Of a DNA stretch of 64,000 nt, positions 28,428 to 36,361 are shown in pieces. The stretch spans positions 32,001 through 96,000 of the forward strand of contig SCQK01000014.1 in assembly GCA_004321885.1 (NCBI GenBank). The letters are read 5' to 3'. Under the pieces are notes generated by a model that searched no databases, had not been told where the DNA came from, and saw only the letters and a list, made by a program, of their open reading frames with translations. Every line of letters begins with the position of its first letter. Position 1 is the stretch's first letter. This DNA is from Patescibacteria group bacterium (GTDB taxonomy: Bacteria > Patescibacteriota > Patescibacteriia > Magasanikbacterales > GWA2-37-8). The translations under genes were made by a program, and so were the position numbers.

Positions 28428-29273
28428 ATGGATTTATCGGTAATTACCGTTACCTGGAACGCGGAAAAAGAAATCGCCGAGCAAATTCGCTCGGTGTTTT
28501 CCGGCTGTGAGAAGAGCAGCGTGGAAGAAATTATCGCTGATAATGGTTCGGCCGACCAGACCATACGGCTTATTAAAGAAAATTTTCCGCAAGTAAAACT
28601 GATTGAGAATGGCGCCAATCTGGGTTTTGGCGCGGCCAACAACGCGGGCCTGCGCCTGGCTAACGGCGAGTTCGTGCTTTTTCTCAATCCGGATATGAAG
28701 GTTTTTCCGGGCTCGTTGGATAAAATGGTTGAATGGATGAAGGCGCGTCCGGAAGTCGGGCTGGCTGGATGCAGGTTGGTTGATGAAAACGGCGATTTGA
28801 ATCAAGAGGCCAAGCCGCGACGTTTTCCCGGATTGTGGGACCAACTGGCCTTGGTGTTAAAGATTCCTCATTTATTTCCTTCAATTTTGAACCGCTATCT
28901 GTGGAAAGATTTTAACGGCGACAAAGAACAAGAGGTTGATTCAGTGCGCGGGGCTTTTATGCTGGTGCGGCGCGAGGTCTGCCAGAAACTCGGCTGGGGT
29001 TTTGATCCGCGTTATTTTTTTTGGTTTGAAGATGTTGATTTGTGCCGCGAAGTGAAACGGCTGGGATATAAAGTGATATATACGCCGATCGTTTCTTGCC
29101 TTGACCGCGTGGGGCAGAGTTTCAAAAAACGCGCTTCTCTCTGGAAACAAAAACAATTCACCAAAAGCATGATTCAATATTTTCGCAAGTGGGAACCGTG
29201 GTATAAGTGGATTATAATTGCCGCGTTTAGACCGATTGGTATTGCTTTGGCGTGGTTAGCAAGTCTTGTATGA
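28428..29273 (+). CDS. Family 2 glycosyltransferase
   Basis: LSVITVTWNAEKEI...IIADNGSADQT...ENGANLGFGAANNAGL...FLNPDMKV. Confidence 0.8.
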   Translation: MDLSVITVTWNAEKEIAEQIRSVFSGCEKSSVEEIIADNGSADQTIRLIKENFPQVKLIENGANLGFGAANNAGLRLANGEFVLFLNPDMKVFPGSLDKMVEWMKARPEVGLAGCRLVDENGDLNQEAKPRRFPGLWDQLALVLKIPHLFPSILNRYLWKDFNGDKEQEVDSVRGAFMLVRREVCQKLGWGFDPRYFFWFEDVDLCREVKRLGYKVIYTPIVSCLDRVGQSFKKRASLWKQKQFTKSMIQYFRKWEPWYKWIIIAAFRPIGIALAWLASLV

Positions 29274-30316
29274 CGAAACTCTCCGTGCACCTGGTCGCCT
29301 GGAACGGCGCGAAATATATCCCGCATTTGTTTGAGTCCTTGAGAAAACAGACCTTCAAGGATTGGTTTTTGCTGGTTATAGACAACGGTTCGGAGGACAA
29401 CGCGGTTGAGTTAATTGAAAAAGAGTTGGCGAATTTTGCGCAACCGCACCGTTTGATAAAAAACAAAGAAAACATCGGCTTCGCGGCCGGTCATAATCAG
29501 GCGTTTCGCGAAACCGAGAGCGAATATTTTTTGCCTCTTAACGAAGATATGTATTTGGCGCCCGACTGTTTGGAAAAAATGGTGTTGTTTATGGAACAAA
29601 ACTCCGACGCCGCGGCCGTGGCCCCTCGTTTGATGAGATGGAATTTCCCCACGGCTTTTTCCACCCAAGTGGACGCTTTGGGCATGAAAATTTTGCGCAA
29701 TCACCGGGTGGTGGAGCAATACACACGTCGCGAATGGAGCGAAGCGTATGAATTGGTGAAAAATAAAATTATTAGCCGCGGCAACGAGCGCGTTTTGGAG
29801 GTCTTTGGCGTTTCCGGAGCGTTTCCGCTTTTGCGACGTAGCGCCATAAAAGAAATTTTGCTGGAAGGCCAGATTTTTGACGAAAGTTATCATTCTTATA
29901 AAGAAGACGTGGATTTTGCCTTGCGTTTGGCGTCGGCCGGGCACAAGTCGTTTGTTTTGCCCGATGCCGTGGCCTATCACGACCGTACCGGCGCCGGCCC
30001 GGCCGAGCTAAGCGACGCCGCGGCGCTGGCTAACAAGAAAAAACAGCCCCCCCACGTCCGTTATCACAGCTACAAGAACCATTTGATGTCCTTGTACAAA
30101 AATGAGTACTGGCAGAATTTCACCCTTGATTTTCCTTTCATTTTGTGGTATGAAATCAAGAAGTTCGTTTATTATCTTTTCGCTGAACCAAAGGTTTTAA
30201 CCGGTTTGGCCGAAATCTGGCGCGCCCGGCGCGGTTTGCGGCAGAAAAGGAAAATTATAAAGAGTTTAAGGAAAATTGACTGGCGCGAAATGAGGCGCTG
30301 GTGGACCAAAATGTAG
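29270..30316 (+). CDS. Family 2 glycosyltransferase
   Basis: LSVHLVAWNGAKYIPHL...LVIDNGSEDN...NKENIGFAAGHNQAF. ATGA overlap with the previous gene. Confidence 0.75.
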   Translation: MTKLSVHLVAWNGAKYIPHLFESLRKQTFKDWFLLVIDNGSEDNAVELIEKELANFAQPHRLIKNKENIGFAAGHNQAFRETESEYFLPLNEDMYLAPDCLEKMVLFMEQNSDAAAVAPRLMRWNFPTAFSTQVDALGMKILRNHRVVEQYTRREWSEAYELVKNKIISRGNERVLEVFGVSGAFPLLRRSAIKEILLEGQIFDESYHSYKEDVDFALRLASAGHKSFVLPDAVAYHDRTGAGPAELSDAAALANKKKQPPHVRYHSYKNHLMSLYKNEYWQNFTLDFPFILWYEIKKFVYYLFAEPKVLTGLAEIWRARRGLRQKRKIIKSLRKIDWREMRRWWTKM

Positions 30317-30323
30317 GATAAAT

Positions 30324-30352
30324 GTCATTCCAGTCCGGGAACTGGAATCCAG
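30324..30352. repeat. Intergenic palindromic element GTCATTCC-AGTCCGGGAACT-GGAATCCAG
   Basis: Shares the GTCATTCC...GGAATCCAG ends with elements at 31209 and 34464 (ATTCC-N-GGAAT arms, dRS3-like shape). Confidence 0.55.
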
Positions 30353-30359
30353 TCGCATT

Positions 30360-31202
30360 ATGAAGGACATCAACATTGTTTTCGTGAATTATCTGATGAA
30401 AGACGACATCTTGAATGCCGTTTCCAGTATCTTGAAAGATATCGCGGGCGCTTCTTGTGATGTCCAAATTACGGTTGCTGACAATTCGGAAAATAAAGAC
30501 GGAATCAAGGAAGAGTTGGCGACAAAATTTCCACAAATAAAATACGTGAATAGCGGTGGTAATGTCGGGTTTGGTAAGGGCAATGTCGTGGGATTTAAAG
30601 ATACTCCGGCCCGCTATTATTTCGCTCTTAATCCGGACACGGTTATTCCGGAAAATTCCCAAACAATAGAGCGGATAATTAAATTTATGGATGCCAACCC
30701 AAAAGTAGGTTGTATAGGCCCGAAGATGGTAAATGTCGAGGATAATTCCCTGCAACATTCGTGCTATCGTTTTGATTTGCCGTCCATACTGATAAAACCG
30801 CTCAAGCAGATGAATTTTGACAGAAAATATGAGTGGGTGAAAAAACACGCGGACCGTTTGCTGATGAAAGATTTTGACCACAACGAAACAATGCCCGTGG
30901 ATTGGGTGCTCGGCGCGGCCATGGTGGTGAGAAAAGAAGTGACCGACGCCATTGGCTGGTTTGACGAAAGATATTTCATGTACATGGAGGACTGCGACTG
31001 GTGCCGCGTCATGTGGGAAAATGGCTGGCCGGTTTATTATGTGCACGACATAGTAATCACCCATAAACACGAAAGGGCTTCGGCCAAAGTGCCCGGCGTT
31101 TTCAAGGCCTTTATAAAAAACAAGCTGGCCAGAATACATTTTTACAGCTGGCTCAAGTACATGTGGAAATGGCGCGGCAATCATAAATATTACGCCTATT
31201 AG
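30360..31202 (+). CDS. Family 2 glycosyltransferase
   Basis: NIVFVNYLMKDDI...VADNSENKDG...NVGFGKGNVVGF...ALNPDTVIP. Confidence 0.75.
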   Translation: MKDINIVFVNYLMKDDILNAVSSILKDIAGASCDVQITVADNSENKDGIKEELATKFPQIKYVNSGGNVGFGKGNVVGFKDTPARYYFALNPDTVIPENSQTIERIIKFMDANPKVGCIGPKMVNVEDNSLQHSCYRFDLPSILIKPLKQMNFDRKYEWVKKHADRLLMKDFDHNETMPVDWVLGAAMVVRKEVTDAIGWFDERYFMYMEDCDWCRVMWENGWPVYYVHDIVITHKHERASAKVPGVFKAFIKNKLARIHFYSWLKYMWKWRGNHKYYAY

Positions 31203-31208
31203 TCAACC

Positions 31209-31235
31209 GTCATTCCCGCGAAGGCGGGAATCCAG
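31209..31235. repeat. Intergenic palindromic element GTCATTCCCGCGAAGGCGGGAATCCAG
   Basis: ATTCCCGC-gaag-GCGGGAAT perfect hairpin with the same flanks as the 30324 copy. Confidence 0.55.
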
Positions 31236-31239
31236 GTTT

Positions 31240-32328
31240 ATGCCCAAAGTCGCTATAATATATTTGTCATTCCACTCCGAGCAGTATTTGGATGACGCGG
31301 TCTCGGCCTTGAAAAAAATGACATATCCCAGGGACCGGGCGGCCTTTGTGGTGGTTGACAACCCGCACCCGGAGTATGGTTCGTCCGTGCGCGCAGCGGA
31401 AGAGACCCTGTTGCCTTTGTCCGAGAAAGAAATCCCGCGTGTGGTGATTTTGCCGCAGGAAAAAAATCTTGGGTTCGCCGGGGGCAATAACGTTGGCATG
31501 CAGTGGGCGCTTGACAATGGTTTTGATTTTGTCTTTTTGCACAACGACGACGGTTTTATGGCTTCTGACTGTTTGGAGCGGTTGGTGGAAGTCATGGAAA
31601 AAGACAAAACAATCGGGGCGGCGCAGTCCTTGCTGTTGATGCATCCGGAAACCGAATTGATAAACAGCGACGGCAACTCTTTTCATTATTTGGGTTTTGG
31701 TTTTTGCAATCATTTGCGGGTTCCCAAAAGCGAGATTAAAATTGACTCAATCAAAGATATTGGTTACGCCAGCGGGGCCGCGGTTTTGATGAGGGCGGAT
31801 TTATTAAAACAACATGGCCTGTGGGATGATGATTTTTTCTTGTATCACGAGGACTTGGAATATTCCTTGCGCTTGAAACAACGGGGGTACCGCGTGGTTC
31901 TGGCGCCCGCGTCGGTTTTTTATCACAAATATAACTTCGGGCGAAACACCAGCAAGTATTATTACATGGAGCGCAATCGTTATGGCGTGATGCTGATGTA
32001 CATGAAAATCGCCACTTTGGTCTTGCTTCTGCCAATCGCCCTGGCCGTGGAATTGGGAATACTTTTGCTGGCCGCCAAAAATGGCTGGCTGAAAGAAAAA
32101 ATCAGCGCTTACGGATATTGGCTCAAAGCAACCAGTTGGAAATTATGGCTGAAAAAACGCGTGGCTCGGCAGGGCGCGCGCAAGGTCAAAGACAAAGATA
32201 TTCTGCGCTCGGCCGAGAGTCGTCTGATTTTCGCGGAAAGAAGTTTCCAAAGTCCGCTCCTAAAATATTTTGGCAATCCGATTATGGCCGCCTGCTGGTT
32301 TGTGGCGAAGAAGATAATTTTTTGGTAA
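31240..32328 (+). CDS. Family 2 glycosyltransferase with C-terminal TM region
   Basis: VAIIYLSFHSEQYL...VVVDNPHPEYG...KNLGFAGGNNVGM...HNDDGF. C-terminal hydrophobic helices. Confidence 0.7.
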   Translation: MPKVAIIYLSFHSEQYLDDAVSALKKMTYPRDRAAFVVVDNPHPEYGSSVRAAEETLLPLSEKEIPRVVILPQEKNLGFAGGNNVGMQWALDNGFDFVFLHNDDGFMASDCLERLVEVMEKDKTIGAAQSLLLMHPETELINSDGNSFHYLGFGFCNHLRVPKSEIKIDSIKDIGYASGAAVLMRADLLKQHGLWDDDFFLYHEDLEYSLRLKQRGYRVVLAPASVFYHKYNFGRNTSKYYYMERNRYGVMLMYMKIATLVLLLPIALAVELGILLLAAKNGWLKEKISAYGYWLKATSWKLWLKKRVARQGARKVKDKDILRSAESRLIFAERSFQSPLLKYFGNPIMAACWFVAKKIIFW

Positions 32329-32329
32329 T

Positions 32330-33418
32330 ATGCGCAAGCTCAAAAAAGCGATACTGACCGGCGGCGGACGGGCGACCCGCTTGCGCCCTCTGACCCATAC
32401 CATCAACAAGCATCTTTTGCCTTTGGCCAACAAGCCGATGATTTTTTACGCCATAGAAAAAGCGGTTGAGGCCGGGGTGGAGGAAATTTTTATTAATACC
32501 AATCCGGGGGAAGACCAAATTAAAAAAGTGGTCGGCGACGGCGGGCATTGGGGCGTGAGTATAACCTACTTTGAACAAGAGGGCGGGCCCCAGGGCATAG
32601 CGCACGTGGTAAAGTGCGCCCAGAAGTTCATCGGCGATGAGCCGTTCATGTTTTATTTGTCGGATAATATCGTGCTGGGCAGTTTGCGCCCGCTGTTCGC
32701 GAATTTTGAAAAAAATAACGTTGACTGCCAACTGGCTTTCGCCAAAGTGCCGGACCCGCAAAGATTCGGCGTGCCGGTTTTCGGTCCGGCCGGACAACTG
32801 ATTGACGTGGTGGAAAAACCGGCCGCGCCGGCTTCTGATTTCGCCGTGACCGGCATTTATTTGTTCGGGCCGAAAGTATTTTTTGACGCCTTTACGCGCA
32901 TCAAAAAGAGCGCCCGCGGCGAGTACGAAATAGCGTCTATTTTTTCTTACTTTTTGAAAAACAATTATAAAGTCGGCTACAGCGAAGTCACTGGCTGGTG
33001 GAAAGACACAGGCAAACCCGAAGATCTGATCATGGCCAATCGTTTGCTTTTAGACGAAATGTCTGTTGAAGAATTTAAAATTGAAGGTCAAGCGGATCAG
33101 GGGTCGTTTATCACCGGCAAAGTGCAGGTTGGCATGGGCACCACGATAGACAAGAGCTGTCGTATTGAAGGACCGGTTATAATCGGAGAGAATTGCACGC
33201 TGGAGTCGTGCCAAATTTTACCCTACACCACCATCGGCGCCGGTTCAATCATAAAAAGGGCGCGTATTAGCAACTCCATATTCTTGAACAGCGGTCAGAT
33301 AGATTGCGATTTGACGATAGACGCCAGCATGGTAGGCGCGAACGTGAGTATAATAAAAAACGGTGGAGAGGGTATCCACCGCGTCATTCTGGGAGACAAT
33401 ACGCTGATACAGATTTAG
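32330..33418 (+). CDS. Sugar-1-phosphate nucleotidyltransferase (RmlA-like, long form with C-terminal left-handed beta-helix)
   Basis: KAILTGGGRATRLRPLTHTINKHLLPLANKPMIFYAIE N-terminal NTP-transferase motif. C-terminal hexapeptide-like repeats. Confidence 0.7.
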   Translation: MRKLKKAILTGGGRATRLRPLTHTINKHLLPLANKPMIFYAIEKAVEAGVEEIFINTNPGEDQIKKVVGDGGHWGVSITYFEQEGGPQGIAHVVKCAQKFIGDEPFMFYLSDNIVLGSLRPLFANFEKNNVDCQLAFAKVPDPQRFGVPVFGPAGQLIDVVEKPAAPASDFAVTGIYLFGPKVFFDAFTRIKKSARGEYEIASIFSYFLKNNYKVGYSEVTGWWKDTGKPEDLIMANRLLLDEMSVEEFKIEGQADQGSFITGKVQVGMGTTIDKSCRIEGPVIIGENCTLESCQILPYTTIGAGSIIKRARISNSIFLNSGQIDCDLTIDASMVGANVSIIKNGGEGIHRVILGDNTLIQI

Positions 33419-34017
33419 TCCGCGTGCGCGCCGCGCACGATAACTTCGGCTTTTTTGTCGCGAGCCAGGTAGCCCACCAGGCGCAGAATTTCTTCCTGCG
33501 CTTTTTTGTTGGCAGCCTCCAGCGCCGCGGTGGTGGCCGATGCCAGCTCGGCTTGTTTGGTTAGTTCGGCGATGGCTTTGTTGTAGCCGTCGTCTTTTTC
33601 CAGCAAACGTTTCAAAATTCCCTGTTTGTTTTCCACGTTCACGTCGCCGGCCACGCGCGAGTTAAAAATCTCGGCTTGAGGCATGTATATTGTTATTTTG
33701 TTCGCGGCAACTCGCACATCGTTGGCCGTCATTTTTTTCAAATCCACGCCCACGTTCACTTCCACCACGGCCTGCGCGCGCACTACCTGGCCCCACAAAA
33801 GTTTTTGCCAAAATGTCTGCTCGCCGCTGTCTATTTTCACGCTTTGGTTGATGATATTTGTTTGGGTCACCAAAAACCCGCGCTCGCGCAGGGCTTCCAA
33901 AATTGTTTGGCTGGTGATAGCCGCCGGTTGGCTTTTTTTATTTATTTTCCAACCCAAAAATATACCCAGGCCGAAGATGGCGAGAAAGAGTATTAAAATT
34001 GTGACGAATTTTTTCAT
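33415..34017 (-). CDS. Membrane-anchored hypothetical protein (DUF4230-like)
   Basis: ATG at 34017 (MKKFVTILILFLAIFGLGIFLGW TM anchor). The track start 34068 would run into tRNA-Pro. Confidence 0.4.
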   Translation of the reverse strand: MKKFVTILILFLAIFGLGIFLGWKINKKSQPAAITSQTILEALRERGFLVTQTNIINQSVKIDSGEQTFWQKLLWGQVVRAQAVVEVNVGVDLKKMTANDVRVAANKITIYMPQAEIFNSRVAGDVNVENKQGILKRLLEKDDGYNKAIAELTKQAELASATTAALEAANKKAQEEILRLVGYLARDKKAEVIVRGAHAD

Positions 34018-34035
34018 GTCAATATTTGTTACGAG

Positions 34036-34108
34036 TCGGGCTGGCGGGACTTGAACCCGCGGCCTCATGGTCCCGAACCATGCGCGCTACCAACTGCGCT
34101 ACAGCCCG
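34036..34108 (-). tRNA. tRNA-Pro(CGG)
   Basis: Minus-strand CGGGCTG-TA-GCGC-AGTTGGTA-GCGC-G-CATGG-TTCGGGA-CCATG-AGGCC-GCGGG-TTCAAGT-CCCGC-CAGCCCG-A. Anticodon CGG. Confidence 0.85.
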
Positions 34109-34117
34109 AATTATTAC

Positions 34118-34384
34118 TTATTTCGTTTTGATTAGTTTATCATTAATAATTTTTTCAATATAGTCTCTTCTTTTTAATCTTTTAAGTTTGAGTTCAATTC
34201 GTCTCGCTTCCGTCGTTGTTTCGTAGTGCTGTTTAAATTTTATTATCCATGGGCCTTTATTTTTTGTTGAAGGTGTCTCCCCATTATTGTGTTCAATCAG
34301 CCGGTTTTCCGGATTGTTTGAAGACCCTATATAATACATTCCTGATTTAAGACTTTGCAAGATATAAACGTAAAAACCCTCCAT
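34118..34384 (-). CDS. Small free-standing GIY-YIG nuclease-domain protein
   Basis: 88 aa from MEGFYVYILQSLKSGMYYIGSSNNPENRLIEHN (GIY...YIG...R...E.N). Extremely AT-rich. Sits between tRNA-Pro and a partial tRNA-Pro copy. Confidence 0.7.
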   Translation of the reverse strand: MEGFYVYILQSLKSGMYYIGSSNNPENRLIEHNNGETPSTKNKGPWIIKFKQHYETTTEARRIELKLKRLKRRDYIEKIINDKLIKTK

Positions 34385-34400
34385 AATTGACTTTTTAATA

Positions 34401-34459
34401 GAACCCGCGGCCTCCCCGACGTACCGTCGGGGCGCGCTACCAACTGCGCTACAGCCCGA
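34401..34459 (-). pseudogene. Partial tRNA-Pro copy (acceptor 5' strand + D-arm + T-arm start) with anticodon arm replaced by CCCCGAC-GTACC-GTCGGGG hairpin
   Basis: 28 nt (34432-34459) identical to the 5' portion of tRNA-Pro (34082-34109) and gaacccgcggcc (34401-34412) identical to 34055-34066. No 3' acceptor strand. Confidence 0.6.
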
Positions 34460-34463
34460 TTGT

Positions 34464-34509
34464 ATGGATTCCCGCTTTCCCGCCAAAGGCGGGCAGGCGC
34501 GGGAATGAT
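34464..34509. repeat. Third GTCATTCCCGC...GCGGGAATCCA palindromic element (inverted orientation) with nested CCCGCC-AAAG-GCGGG hairpin
   Basis: Reverse complement reads ATCATTCCCGCgcctgCCCGCCTTTGGCGGGaaaGCGGGAATCCA. Confidence 0.5.
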
Positions 34510-34620
34510 ACCGACAGTAGGGTATCACGTTTTTTTGCGCTTTTCAAGGGGTAAAATTTGTGATAGAATATGCCCTGTCCGCTGGATTACCAGCGACAGA
34601 TAATTTTTACCCCCACCCAA

Positions 34621-34643
34621 CCTCCCCCTTTTAAGGGGGGAGG
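34621..34643. repeat. GC-rich palindrome CCTCCCCC-TTTTAA-GGGGGGAGG upstream of pilT start
   Basis: Member of the CTCCCC-TTAxAAA-GGGGAG family. Lies in the N-terminal extension of the track ORF before MNIESY. Confidence 0.55.
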
Positions 34644-34656
34644 GGAGGAGAAACCT

Positions 34657-35688
34657 ATGAACATAGAATCATATTTCAAGGAAGCCATAAAACAGGACGC
34701 GTCGGATTTGCATTTGGTGGGCGGGGAACTGCCGCGCCTGCGCGTGGAAGGCGAGCTCAAAGAGCTTTCCGACAAGCCGCTGAATAATAAAGAACTGGAG
34801 ACCGCGATTTACACTCTCATCTCCAAAGCCCAGCAAGATAGGTATGAGGAAGACAAGGAACTGGACTTTAGCTATTCCGTGGACCAGACCCGCTTCCGCG
34901 TGAACTTGCACCAGCAGGAAGAAAACATCGGCCTGGCCGCCCGCCTGATTCCCAAAACCATTCCCAAACCAGAAGACTTGCACTTTGAACCAACGCTCTC
35001 CGAACTCACCAAACTGATGGACGGTTTGATACTGGTCACCGGTCCCACGGGTTGCGGCAAATCCACCACCATTGCCAGCCTGATTGAAGAGATAAACAAA
35101 AGCCGCCAGGCGCACATTGTGACCGTGGAAGACCCGATAGAATTTTTGTTTGAAGATAAAAAAAGTTTGATAGAACAGCGCGAGGTGGGCACGGACACGA
35201 AATCGTTTGCCAACGCCCTGAAGTATGTGCTGCGCCAGGACCCGAACGTGATATTCGTGGGCGAAATGCGCGACCCCGAGACAATTTCCACGGTGCTGAC
35301 CGCGGCCGAAACCGGCCACCTGGTTTTTTCTACCCTGCACACGCCCAGCGCGGCCGAGGCCGTGGAGCGCATTGTGGACGTGTTTGAGGGCGGCCGGCAA
35401 AAACAGGTTTTGATTCAGCTGTCGTCGGTACTGCGGGCCGTGGTGGCCCAGCAATTACTGCCGGCCAAAGACGGCGGCCGCGTGCCGGCGCGCGAGATTT
35501 TGATAAACAATTCGGCCGTTTCCAACCTCATCCGCGAAAACAATATCAACCAGATAAAATCTTCCATCCAAACCGGCGCCAAAGACGGCATGGTGACCAT
35601 GGAAAATTCCATCAAGCAATTGCTGAAAGAGGGCTGGATTACCGAGGATACAGCCGAGAAAAGAGCGGGCAAGGCGCGGAGGGTGTAA
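34657..35688 (+). CDS. pilT: Type IV pilus retraction ATPase PilT
   Basis: LILVTGPTGCGKSTT (Walker A), PilT-type Asp box, His box, 343 aa from MNIESYFKEAIKQDASDLHL. Confidence 0.8.
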   Translation: MNIESYFKEAIKQDASDLHLVGGELPRLRVEGELKELSDKPLNNKELETAIYTLISKAQQDRYEEDKELDFSYSVDQTRFRVNLHQQEENIGLAARLIPKTIPKPEDLHFEPTLSELTKLMDGLILVTGPTGCGKSTTIASLIEEINKSRQAHIVTVEDPIEFLFEDKKSLIEQREVGTDTKSFANALKYVLRQDPNVIFVGEMRDPETISTVLTAAETGHLVFSTLHTPSAAEAVERIVDVFEGGRQKQVLIQLSSVLRAVVAQQLLPAKDGGRVPAREILINNSAVSNLIRENNINQIKSSIQTGAKDGMVTMENSIKQLLKEGWITEDTAEKRAGKARRV

Positions 35689-35802
35689 ATGGATATGGAG
35701 ATGGAAATAAGTTACTCGTGAAAATTGTATTTGGGTTTGTATTTTGGTATAATGAAAGCAGAGGGGAGTTTTAATTTACCGCCAGTGGCGGGTAAAAAAT
35801 AT

Positions 35803-36312
35803 ATGCGCTTGAGAGTCATAATTTTGGCGTTGGTTTTGTTGGTCGCGGGGTTGCTGGCGGTTTTCGCTGGTTATGGATGGTTTTGGGAAAAGCAAAAACG
35901 GGTGGCGGCCGGCACGGCGCGGCCCACGTTTCCATACGGCGATTATTCGCTGGAAGAATTGGCGAAATTGTACCCGCAGACCGTGAACGAGAACGTGCCC
36001 ACCAAACAGGCGCCCGAGGAAACGCACGCGAAGTTTGTGTCTGCGTTGAAAGCGGGAAAAATTGATGAGGCAGTGGAGTGTTGTTTTAGGAAAGGGGATT
36101 GGGGGAAGATGAAAGAAGGATTGAAGAGGGTGAGGGATAAAGGCGAAATGGGCCAGATGATTAAGGATTTGGATGCGGCGATTAAACCTGATTTTGTAGG
36201 AGATACAAAGGCGAGTTATACCTATATCGTTTTAGAGAACGGAAAAAAGATTGGTAATGTTATGACTTTTATAAAAAACATTCAGGGTATCTGGTTGATA
36301 GAGTCATTGTAA
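35803..36312 (+). CDS. Hypothetical membrane-anchored protein
   Basis: MRLRVIILALVLLVAGLLAVFAGYGWFW N-terminal TM. No recognisable domain. Confidence 0.35.
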   Translation: MRLRVIILALVLLVAGLLAVFAGYGWFWEKQKRVAAGTARPTFPYGDYSLEELAKLYPQTVNENVPTKQAPEETHAKFVSALKAGKIDEAVECCFRKGDWGKMKEGLKRVRDKGEMGQMIKDLDAAIKPDFVGDTKASYTYIVLENGKKIGNVMTFIKNIQGIWLIESL

Positions 36313-36361
36313 TTACCCATTCTTAATCCTCCCCTTGTAAAGAGGAGGGTAATACAGCAAT

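Noticed and set aside
34570-34656. N-terminal extension of pilT (MPCPLDYQRQIIFTPTQPPPFKGGGEEKP)
   Set aside because: PilT homologues begin at MNIESYF... The extension is created by the upstream GC-rich palindrome and is probably 5' UTR, although translation of the hairpin cannot be excluded.
34669-35454. 261-aa minus-strand ORF antisense to pilT
   Set aside because: Shadow ORF of a Walker-ATPase gene. His/Gly/Arg-rich nonsense translation.
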